A stretch of DNA of 64,000 nt from Macrostomum lignano. Its lineage: Eukaryota. A model generated the notes under the pieces. It was given only the letters and a program-made list of their open reading frames with translations. It ran no database searches and was not told the DNA's origin. The stretch covers positions 310,001 through 374,000 of the forward strand of contig NIVC01000340.1 of assembly GCA_002269645.1 (NCBI GenBank), written 5' to 3'. Made by a program: the position numbers and the translations under genes. Below, one piece after another: positions 12,721 through 23,100 of the stretch (position 1 is the first letter of the stretch; each line of letters starts with the position of its first letter).

Positions 12721-14648
12721 GTCGGCGAAAGGGATGTGTTGTGCCCTGAAGAATCGCCCTCACCGTTACTTGTTATGAATCGCTCCCCCACCGTTACTTA
12801 TTCCTTCAATTTTAGCCTTGATTCTTTACAGTTATATCTATGACCTCAATTCCCCACCAAAGCAGCTAAAGGCGCCAGCTTTCCTTTTCTTTCTTTAAGA
12901 CCTGCTATGCTTACATCTTATTTCCTAAGTTAAAATACAACTGTTATCTGCCAAGCTCGATACACAACAGGGTGTCTGCTCCTAGAAGCCGTCGGTACGA
13001 TTTCACTACAGTCTCGATGCGCACCTGAGGTGCTGGACGGCCCCGATGTGCGGGGTACAGTCAAATGTTTTAAATGTCGCGGGGGTGTTCCCCCTCTCTT
13101 TGACGATGTCTACAATCGACGATGCTTCTGGTGAATTAAATAAGTCAGAGGTTCGATTTGCTTCTCTCGATCTCTAACCTTCAACACGGATGTTTATTAC
13201 TAATTCATGTTGGTTGCAATTTCTGATAGGATATTGACCACGAAAATTTGTTAAGCAATTCAGTGAAATAGAGCCACAGGTTACTTATCGATACTGTTGT
13301 ACGAATTGACGTTTGTCCTGATTTATCTCTGAGATATCAGAGTTCAGGCTCGATTGTTGGGGCAAGCTAGCGGAGCAGTTGAGGAGTCGAGGGCGGCGAG
13401 GGGGCGAGGACACGAGCGCAGGAGGGCGAGTGGGGACCAGGGCGGACGAGGGCGGACGAGGGCGGACGAGGTCTGGGCATCATTCTCACTGAACGCTAGT
13501 ATATATACTCGTATGATTTCTATAACGCATTTCATTGGTGTTCGCTTCACGCAATATAGGATCTTTACTGCCGCACAAGCATGTGCTGTACTTTCCTGAT
13601 AGAAAAAACTTCTGAAGTTCGCATTAGACTAATAAATAACATTGGGCATAACATGCTTAAATTAAGACAGTAGGATAGAGTGCATGCTAAGAAGCACGTC
13701 GGCTAATTTCTTTTTCTTTTCATCCGGCAACACGGAGCCAAAAGCGGAGAATAAAAAAGACAAAAGAGAACTAACACTGAAGCGCCTGATTAATTTGTAT
13801 TTGCAGATCTAATACAGAATTCCCACGGTATTGCAATTATTCATCATACTCAGCGGCTGCCCTGAGCCACACGACATGATTACCGACCCTCGTAGTCTGT
13901 ATAGACTACTCTAGACTTGATCTGCTCACGGCTGGTGCAACTGCAAACGCCTTAGACAAACCAATGGAGCATGTACCGACATAATTCGGATTTGCGTCTA
14001 ATCTGAATAGGAAAGCTGCTTTGAATACTGCGCCAGTTAGAGCTATTTGGAACCATGCCACAGTCTCAGTCTAGACACCCAGCTGTGCCAAACAATATGA
14101 TTGGCTGATTTATTATGCTTCTAATCGTCAAATATGACAATAGAATCAGTCAGCCCGTTGACACACTAAGCAGCTGTGACAGACTACATGCCATTGGAAG
14201 TCAAACGCACGCAATCAGGGCGCAACAATTTTTCAATTGTCACCTGTACGGAGGATGGGCCACAGCCTCACATTACGGGAAAGATCTGGGAGTTGACCCG
14301 GAACAAGCTCTGATCTGGGTGAAATTATCCCGGAAATCCACCCGGATCATGTTTTCTCCCTCTGGATCAGGCTTTGTTCAGGGATATGTAATATCCCGGA
14401 TCAGAACCCCGGAAGGAAATTGTGATCCGGGCCCAATTTTGCTGATCTGGGCCTCAACCCGGAATTTTTGTTGTTTCCAAGCCCGGATCACTAATTTCTA
14501 GGTGAAGTTTCCGGGTGAATTTTTTGACGGGTCCGGAGCAGCTGAGCAGCTTCATACTTATTATACTTGCCTATGCAGACAAATAACAAGCCAAATTAGC
14601 ACTGTGCTCAATCATCTTCGTCTATAAGAGGCCAACGTACGGCTTGCT

Positions 14649-14748
14649 CGGGTCTACGACCTTTGCCAGCCGGAAATTTGCCAGCCGACGTTTGCCAGCC
14701 GGACATTTGCCAGCCGACGTTTGCCAGCCGGACATTTGCCAGCCGACG
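14649..14748. repeat. Six tandem TTTGCCAGCCG motifs, resembling the subterminal repeats of a non-autonomous DNA transposon
   Basis: Six direct copies counted. They abut the truncated Mab-21 paralog fragment. Confidence 0.6.
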
Positions 14749-14749
14749 A

Positions 14750-15235
14750 AAAGCGACGCTAAAGCTGCTGTTCGCGAGTCCTTGCACTGGAAGGTGAGAA
14801 AGGGCTTTGACTGTTCGTCAGACCACCAAGTGTCCTGGACGGAAAGGCTGTCTGCAAGGCGTCAACTCACTGTACAAGTTCGGTTTACGCCTGGACGATC
14901 GGCCTGAGTTGTCTTTCCTACCGGAAGCGATTCGTCGCAGTTTCCCGAAGGGAAAGTTTCTACCTGCTGCAGTACTACATTAAATTTTGTGTCTCCCTTC
15001 AGTGCTTAACAATGCACCACTTGGCTGAAAATATGGACGCAGACCTGGCGAAATGTTGGTTCAAATTAAAGCGACTTATTCTACGGATGCTGATGCTCAA
15101 GAGCTGTTGATGGTGCTGGAAATACAAACAACTTCTAGTAGTGCTGATTCATCGACACAGGAGGGTCATCTGCGATCAGTACGAGACGTTGAAGTCGGCG
15201 CTGGAGCTACTTGCGAAAAGTGTGGAGTGAATTGA
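14750..15235 (+). pseudogene. 5'-truncated, frameshifted paralog of the C-terminal part of the Mab-21/cGLR gene
   Basis: AKAAVRESLHW, YKFGLRLDDRPELSFLPEAIR and DADAQELLMVL match AKAAVRESLHW, YKFGFRLDRRPTLHFLPEPVR and ESDAQELLMVL at about 22570-22950. Confidence 0.85.
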
Positions 15236-17225
15236 AGCAACTACCACTACGATTCTAGACGTTTTTTAGAATAAAAAAATTGATACAGACTTTAAGTAGA
15301 GAATCTTCGTGTCCAAAGCATGACGTAAGGCAACAAAAAGTTTTTTAATGCGACCGTGATTTTAGTTGGACAGAAAATTGACTTAAGAAAGATTTTGCAC
15401 AAAACCCATGCACTTTTCCTGAAGGATCTGCAGCGAATTAGCATCAAGGCGACATTAAAAATGGTCGAGAGCGAGCTGTGACGACAAAACGTGATATGTT
15501 TGTGTAACGCTAATACATGATTACTTATATGTAATCAAAGGGCCTTATACTCGCTTATTTCACGTGCATGGCTTTCGCTGAAAATTTCGTTAGCGATGTT
15601 TGATTATTCGAAGTTATAGGGGCGTCGCCATGGATTTAATGGTGGGGAAACAAAGCCAATAAGTCTACATGTACATGCACATGACTAAATTCCTACATGT
15701 ACATTATTTACATAACCGGTGTCGTCAGCGATCACTCATGTTGGACACTCAGACACTCATATTGGCGCCGCAGATACTCATTTTGGTGCTGCAGGCGCTG
15801 TTTTTTGCCCTGAAGCAACATTTTTGATTTCCAAAACAGGTCAACAAATGTGGGGTGACGGGGGGGAGGGAAAAACATTGGCATGTCTCCCATGGCTTTT
15901 ACTGGGGGGTGTACCTACCTATTGCCTATTTAATAATTGTTTTAATTCTATCATTGTTGTGAACTTGTCAATTAAAGTCCTCAGACAGAGCAAAGCAGAT
16001 TTCAATAAGTCCGGACGTCGAGAAAGTCACGCATTTGCATTCAGACCTTTGACCTTCGACCTTCTACGAGTAAGGTGTCCACGACTAGCGAGATTTTTTA
16101 TTAATTTTTTCAACTAGCTTTTGGTTTTGGCTTATCTGTTTTAGACGGTTTATTGCTTATCTCTTATATTTCAATTTCGAATACTCGTACTTTTGCGAGT
16201 CAGACTTACCCCTTTGATACGAGCTATATGTTAGCTACGAATTGTTTTCGCTAGAAAACGTTTTACCGATTTGTTTAACTAATATCAGTTTGAAATGCAA
16301 TTTTTTAATAGTTTAATATTTTTTAATGATATTTTCAATATTTTTCTCGTTGAATCTATCCCATTGCCTAAGGTGTACTCCATCTGATAAATAAAAATGC
16401 AGTCAAGAGCTAGTGGTTGCTGGGGTAGGGTAGGGGGGCATTTCTTTAGATAGTACAATGCAAGAGAGCTGCTCACGATAAAGCAGGCGCAGGCGAGGCG
16501 GGGGGGGGGCTACGAGCGTATAAGCCGGCCCGTAAAAGTGAAAACAAGCTGCCTGCGCACCCAGTCCGAAATAGTTATCAAGCAGCTCTGTTGTACATTG
16601 CAGTCAAGTTTGCCAACTACAGGCTATTGTTAAGCTTCAATCTAAGTATACTAAATCTCTACGGTTTGTTTGTTTGTATGCTTGTCCATAATTCTAACTG
16701 CTAAAACTTGAATGAGCTAAAGGTACATGTTAGTACATGTGAGCAATAGCTATTGACAGAATCCCCGCACAGCTGGTTGTTGTGCAACGGTGGTGAGTAC
16801 AAGTTATATACTTGCCTGTACTGCAGTGGCAATAAGCATGATTTTACTTTCGTTCGGGTTGTCGACAATTAAGCTTGAGCTCAAGGACTACTCAACTAGA
16901 AGGATGGGAAACGACGTTTCTTGGAAAAATTTAGGAGGCAGGGTTTCTTTCGAAAAATACACTACGAAGATAGGAAGTTTTTATTTTTTCAGCACAAACC
17001 CAATGTTCATCGTTTGATATGTTTTGCCTAATTTTCGTTGAGAAAATTAAGATTGTATGTTAATTCTTATTCTTACATTCCTACGTACATTCCTGTACTA
17101 AAAATCATTGTACCATGACCTTTGTGCCCGCTGGGCATGCACTTATTCTTGCCTTTTAATGCCATAGACTACCTTTAAGCCCGCTTGCAGGACTTTAATA
17201 CTTTAAACTTACCTTAATGCAAATT

Positions 17226-17376
17226 AGCGGGCAGTTAATGACATTTAACACCAAATTATTCTGTCCCACTTTGTCAAGGACACAAATGTCTATGGCACAA
17301 TAATGGTTTTACCCATGCTTTAAGGGCGTTAATGGGAAAATCAGAGGGCGCCGTTAAATGTCATTAACTGCCCGCT
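17226..17376. mobile_element. 151-bp MITE-like element with perfect 24-bp terminal inverted repeats
   Basis: AGCGGGCAGTTAATGACATTTAAC (17226-17249) and its exact reverse complement (17353-17376). No clear TSD. Confidence 0.7.
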
Positions 17377-17467
17377 GCGTACCTAAGGGGGGGCTGATCG
17401 CTAGTCTAATATACTAAAAATATTTTGCTTGTAAAATGCGTTAAGGATTCCGTTTCGAGCATTTGTC

Positions 17468-17710
17468 ATGGACAAAATCGAGCTATCATATTGCACGCTA
17501 TCATAAAGTATATGCGCTTGAAGGAAATGACGTATATGAAATTAATTTCGACACAGTAGCCACACTTGGAGATAACGCACCATCGTACACCACAGTTAAG
17601 AAGTGGTCGGCAGAGTTCAAGCGTGGGAGAGAGAGCCTGGAAGATGATGGCCATAGTGTTCTGGGATGCTGAAGGCATGGTGTTCGTGAACTACCTGGCA
17701 AAGGACCATG
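17468..17710 (+). mobile_element. Internally deleted mariner (Tc1/mariner) transposase relic
   Basis: MDKIE...VATLGDNAPSYTTVKKWSAEFKRGRESLEDD (mariner HTH region) is joined directly to MAIVFWDAEGMVFVNYLAK (start of the catalytic domain), with frameshifts. Confidence 0.85.
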
Positions 17711-17894
17711 AAGTGCATTGACTTGGAGGGGGACAATGTTGAGAAATAAATCGCTAATTTTTATCTGCTGGTCCCCTTTCTGTGTTAGGCCGCGAACTTT
17801 TCAATGATTTTTTTAGTAATTGGAATAAACTTCAAGTGGAAGAATCCTATATACTAAATACTTAATTAATAATGACAGCTACAATTCCTCGCAG

Positions 17895-19042
17895 CTCGAC
17901 GCCGTCGCCAAAAGCGGCAACAACCCAGTCTGGATTGCGGCGGCAAACGGGCGCATCGGAATTCTGCGCCTGCTGTGTGACGCCGGTGTCAAGACATCCG
18001 ACGCCTCGTTTCGACATCATTTTGACGGTCGGAGTCCAGCCAACGTGGCGGTGCAGATTGGCCAAGACGAAGCATTGGATTTGCTGCTGAAGTCGTCAAG
18101 GTCTGTTTCTGACGCTCTTGTCCCTGACAATAGCGGCTGGTCACCGATTTACTATGCCTGTCAACGAGGTCACCTGAATGCAAGTCAACTATACTCTAAA
18201 TTATTTGAGCATACTTCTAATGCTGTAATCGATATTGTCTAAACATACTCCGCGTACCTGTATAAAAGAAAGTATGAGAACGCACAGAACTTTTCTCATA
18301 CTCGTAGAAACTTTGCATCCGCAGAAAGTGTCGAGTCGAAAATAAAAAAAAATTGATTGGAAAATAGCTAAGATGTCAAGACTCATTGGAAATTTATACG
18401 ATGTATCAAGCCTAGGGGGGATCGCTGAGATTTCAAGGCTTCCATTCTATGCTGCCTCCCCAAGGGGGGGGGCTGATCGCTAGTCTAATATACTAAAAAT
18501 ATTTTACTCAAATTCGCTTGCATGCAGGTACTTAGGAAGCTTCTGGTTTTTGGCGCCGATCCAAATCAGTCCAGCCCACTAAGCACGCTGGTCAACTGCA
18601 ACTGCCTGACAGAGAATTTCGCAGCAAAGGATAAGAATTTTCAAAGCCCCGAGGACGATCGTTGGTCTCCGTTGCGCGTTGCCGCGTACTACGGTCGGAT
18701 ATCGGCAGTGCAAGTGCTTCTAGATCATGGCGCTAACCTGTTCAGCACCAGCCATTCGGCAACAAGCATTCTGCAGGCGGCAGCGCTCACAGGTCGACTG
18801 GAGACGGTTCGCCTGCTTCTCGACAAAATCAACGAGAAATACCGAGATGATGTCGAACTACTGGCTCGAATAGTATCTCCAGCAGTTTTTGTTAGCGGCA
18901 GTTTCTGTCATGCCGATGTATTTCGTGCTTGTCTAGCTGCGTGTCCTGATCGCAGCTTAATACTGTCGGAGCTGTCCAGTTATGACGCCAGTGTCGCTGA
19001 TAAGCTAGAACTGATTCTGCAGAAACATTCACAAGAGACAAC
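17895..19042 (+). CDS. Ankyrin-repeat exons join(17895..18179,18528..19042), probably the N-terminal part of the cGLR gene; 5' exons not found
   Basis: ANK motifs NPVWIAAANGRIGILRLLCDAG, SPIYYACQRGHLN|VLRKLLVFGADPN, SPLRVAAYYGRISAVQVLLDHGAN and SILQAAALTGRLETVRLLL. A GC-AG intron is at 18180-18527 and a GTAAGC donor at 19043. Confidence 0.8.
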
Positions 19043-19239
19043 GTAAGCTGCTTTTAACTTTTCAACTTTCACTAAATTTCACAAAAATCAGGACCAATTG
19101 TATAGTTAAACTTCACAGCATGGATGTCTCTGCCCTAGAGGTAGAGGGAGTTAGATGATGTACATCTCATCTGTCACCGTTTTTTGCTAGTAGAGAATCT
19201 CAGTAGGTATTCTCCGCTGTTATAGACAGCTCTCTGAAT

Positions 19240-21108
19240 ATTCTCCGCTGCTGTCATAAACAACACTCTCCATATTCTCCGCTGCTGTCATAGACAACAC
19301 TCTCCATATTCTCCGCTGCTGTCATAAACAACACTCTCCATATTCTCCGCTGCTGTCATAGACAACACTCTCCATATTCTCCGCTGCTGTCATAAACAAC
19401 ACTCTCCATATTCTCCGCTGCTGTCATAAACAACACTCTCCATATTCTCCGCTGCTGTCATAAACAACACTCTCCATATTTTCCGCTGCTGTCATAGACA
19501 ACACTCTCCATATTCTCCGCTGCTGTCATAGACAACACTCTCCATATTCTCCGCTGCTGTCATAGACAACACTCTCCATATTCTCCGCTGCTGTCATAAA
19601 CAACACTCTCCATATTCTCCGCTGCTGTCATAGACAACACTCTCCATATTCTCCGCTGCTGTCATAGACAACACTCTCCATATTCTCCGCTGCTGTCATA
19701 AACAACACTCTCCATATTCTCCGCTGCTGTCATAGACAACACTCTCCATATTCTCCGCTGCTGTCATAAACAACACTCTCCATATTCTCCGCTGCTGTCA
19801 TAGACAACACTCTCCATATTCTCCGCTGCTGTCATAGACAACACTCTCCATATTCTCCGCTGCTACCATAGACAACACTCTCCATATTCTCCGCTGCTGT
19901 CATAAACAACACTCTCCATATTCTCCGCTGCTGTCATAGACAACACTCTCCATATTCTCCGCTGCTGTCATAGACAACACTCTCCATATTCTCCGCTGCT
20001 GTCATAAACAACACTCTCCATATTCTCCGCTGCTGTCATAGACAACACTCTCCATATTCTCCGCTGCTGTCATAAACAACACTCTCCATATTCTCCGCTG
20101 CTGTCATAGACAACACTCTCCATATTCTCCGCTGCTGTCATAGACAACACTCTCCATATTCTCCGCTGCTGTCATAAACAACACTCTCCATATTCTCCGC
20201 TGCTGTCATAGACAACACTCTCCATATTCTCCGCTGCTACCATAGACAACACTCTCCATATTCTCCGCTGCTACCATAGACAACACTCTCCATATTCTCC
20301 GCTGCTGTCATAGACAACACTCTCCATATTCTCCGCTGCTGTCATAGTGAAACGACAAATTTATATGGGTTTTTCCCATATTATCGTTTCCTTCTGCCAA
20401 CAGTTCAGGAAGACAACGAACAATGGACCTGATGGTAACTTTCTCTGTGTGATCTCTAGAGTCACATTCTCAAACTTCAGGCGAGGATCTTTCCTCTTCA
20501 ATCAGTATATTTTATAAGCTAGCACACTGTACGCGAGCAACGGGGAATAGGAGCAGTAGGGAGAGAGAGTGGGATTTCGAGGCCCAATAGGCAGTGTCGG
20601 TCAGAGGTTGTGCATGCATCACGCGAGGGTCGCATGGCTGGGCTTCTTGCTCGCCGATCATCAGGACTATTTTTAGGCATGCAGATCTTGTGCATCTGGG
20701 GAGTTGCTGGCAAGGCTGGATGCTTGTTCACGCATCACGCGCGTGTCGGCTGATTTCTCCCATCCTCTTGCTAACGGCGCCTTCGTTTCACTTCAATAGA
20801 CAACACTCTCCATATTCTCCGCTGTTACCATAGACAACACTCTCCATATTCTCCGCTGCTACCATAGACAACACTCTCCATATTCTCCGCTGCTGTCATA
20901 GACAACACTCTCCATATTCTCCGCTGCTACCATAGACAACACTCTCCATATTCTCCGCTGCTGTCATAGACAACACTCTCCATATTCTCCGCTGCTACCA
21001 TAGACAACACTCTCCATATTCTCCGCTGCTGTCATAGACAACACTCTCCATATTCTCCGCTGCTACCATAGACAACACTCTCCATATTCTCCGCTGCTAC
21101 CATAGACA
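19240..21108. repeat. 34-bp minisatellite (ACACTCTCCATATTCTCCGCTGCTGTCATAGACA) interrupted by a solo LTR
   Basis: Period 34 (19501 versus 19535). Confidence 0.95.
20348..20795. mobile_element. Solo-LTR-like insertion (448 bp)
   Basis: Starts TGAAACG, ends CTTCA and is flanked by a 4-bp ATAG duplication (20344-20347, 20796-20799) inside the minisatellite. Confidence 0.65.
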
Positions 21109-21199
21109 ACGAAAAAAGATCAATGGTCAATGATCGCTAACCACCAGAAATCGAATTTAGCAAAAGTACCAAAATGTGTTTATTATTCACTGCGTATAG

Positions 21200-23100
21200 T
21201 TCCAATCGTAATAACGAAGTAACACCTGGTAATTTCAGTCGAAGCACTTGCAACCAATCGAAAAAGAAAACACCGCTGCACGATTCCCTCAATAAGGCGG
21301 GTTTCCTGAGTCGCAGAGCAGCTGTTCAAGCAGTCCTATCCGAAGCGCTGGAGTTGCTTCTTTGGAACCGACTATGCGAACAAAATCAGCAAAAGAAAAT
21401 CTACGTTGTTGGCAGCTACGCCGAGGGCTGGGGCTGCAGCGTCACGTGTCTCAATGGCAGCGTCGACGTTGATTCGGACATTGACGTCACCACTGTCTTG
21501 CCGAGAAAGATTTTTCACATAAAAGACATCTGCAAATGTAGCAACGAAAAGAGACAGAATGGTGAGGTTGTCGATTGCAACAATGCAACAATGGGATTCG
21601 GTAAGCGAATGTTTAAATGTGTTAACTTACGAATGGATATTTAGCCTTACAAAAAACTATTTTCTGTTGATTCACTGCTCACTGAGGCCAGCTGTAGACA
21701 AGGTCGACGCATTTCTATGCTGCTGTTATCCGCAGTTGCGAATTTTTGAGCCAGGCTACACTTCTCAGCTTTCGCACGATGTTTTAAAGGGCCTAGACGA
21801 TATTAGGCAAAGTTTTCCGTGTCATGTGGTACCTGCAGAGCTGCCGGCATGTCAAAGTCAAGCCGGTTCTAGCGGTAGTCACCTTCGTTTGAGCACAACC
21901 TTCTTTGAAAGGTATCTTCTGCAAAACCTAACGACAGTTCAGGGGCAGGTATATGTCACGTTAAAGTATTTGGTGAAGCGAGTTCTGTCTATCAAAGTCA
22001 GTGGTTTGAAATCCTACCACGTTAAAACTATCATATTTTACATGCTCGAAGAAGTACCAAAAGAGGACTGGAAACCAGAAGCTGTGAGGCAATTGGCTCA
22101 ACAAGGACTTCAAAGACTGTTAGACTGCTTGAGAGAGAGAAGAGAAAGTGAAAATGAGTGCATGAAGCACTTCTTTTTGACCGATACAATTGTGTACCTG
22201 AAAAGGAACCACAGCGAAAAGCATTTGATCGAGGAAGCAATACAGGACTTTCTGCTGGATCAGCATCTTGACGCTGCTCTGCATCAGCTAATTTGTCAGT
22301 TGAAGCCATGCAGCAGTCTGCTGCACTTCCACCCTAATATTCTTCATCCGATTTTAAGCAACAATACTCTGCCTGATCGTCCAAATTGCTTGCTTGAAGA
22401 CTACGAAGTCTACGATGCTGTTTCGAAGCTGCTGCTGGTACTGTCTGACGCAGAGTGCAATAAAGACGTGCTGGAGCCATGCTGGTGCATGCTAAGAAAA
22501 TTTCCCAAGTGCGCCAGGACAACGAGCCACTGCCTCACAGTGCTGACCTACATGAAGTTCGGCATGATTGAAGAGGCCAAGGCTGCTGTGCGCGAGTCCT
22601 TGCACTGGACTGTCAGCAAGGGAGTGCCATGTTCGGATGACATTGAAGTGTCACCCGAGTCAATTCTGACTCAATTGCTGAGCACAGACTCGGTTTACAA
22701 GTTCGGATTCCGTCTAGACCGTCGGCCAACCCTGCACTTCTTGCCGGAGCCCGTGAGGCAGTGGTTTCCAGTTGGCATCAGCTACTACATGCATCAGTAC
22801 TATGTGAACTTCCACGCACTGCTGAGGTGCCTCACGCTGCAGCTGTTAGGTCACGAAATGGACAAAGACACGGCTCTTGAGTGGTTTCGAGAGGTGGCTG
22901 ACTGTGCAGAATCCGACGCTCAGGAGCTGCTGATGGTGCTGAAGTTCTGCACGGATGGGGAGCTGCTGGTGGAACTGATTCACAAGCACCGAGTTGGCGT
23001 CTGCGAGCAACAAGAGACGCTTCTTGAAGCTGTAAAAATGTTCTCCCATGTGAGTGGTGTACGCTGTTCTTTTCAGATGATGCTTTTGAACATACTTTAG
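21200..23100 (+). CDS. Mab-21/cGAS-like nucleotidyltransferase (cGLR) with long C-terminal extension; probable join(21200..21600,21692..23100)
   Basis: NTase signature IYVVGSYAEG...DSDIDV, then VDKVDAFLCCCYP, CHVVP, LRLSTTFFERYLL, LKSYHVKTIIFYMLEE...W and MKHFFL, which follow the Mab-21 motif order. The frame changes near 21600. A GT-AG intron at 21601-21691 restores it; a 44-nt intron plus a 1-nt homopolymer indel is an alternative. Confidence 0.85.

Noticed and set aside
19240-21108. CRISPR-like appearance of the 34-bp array (and the 37- and 41-bp arrays)
   Set aside because: Units are head-to-tail with no unique spacers, there are no cas genes, and the context is a eukaryotic intron.
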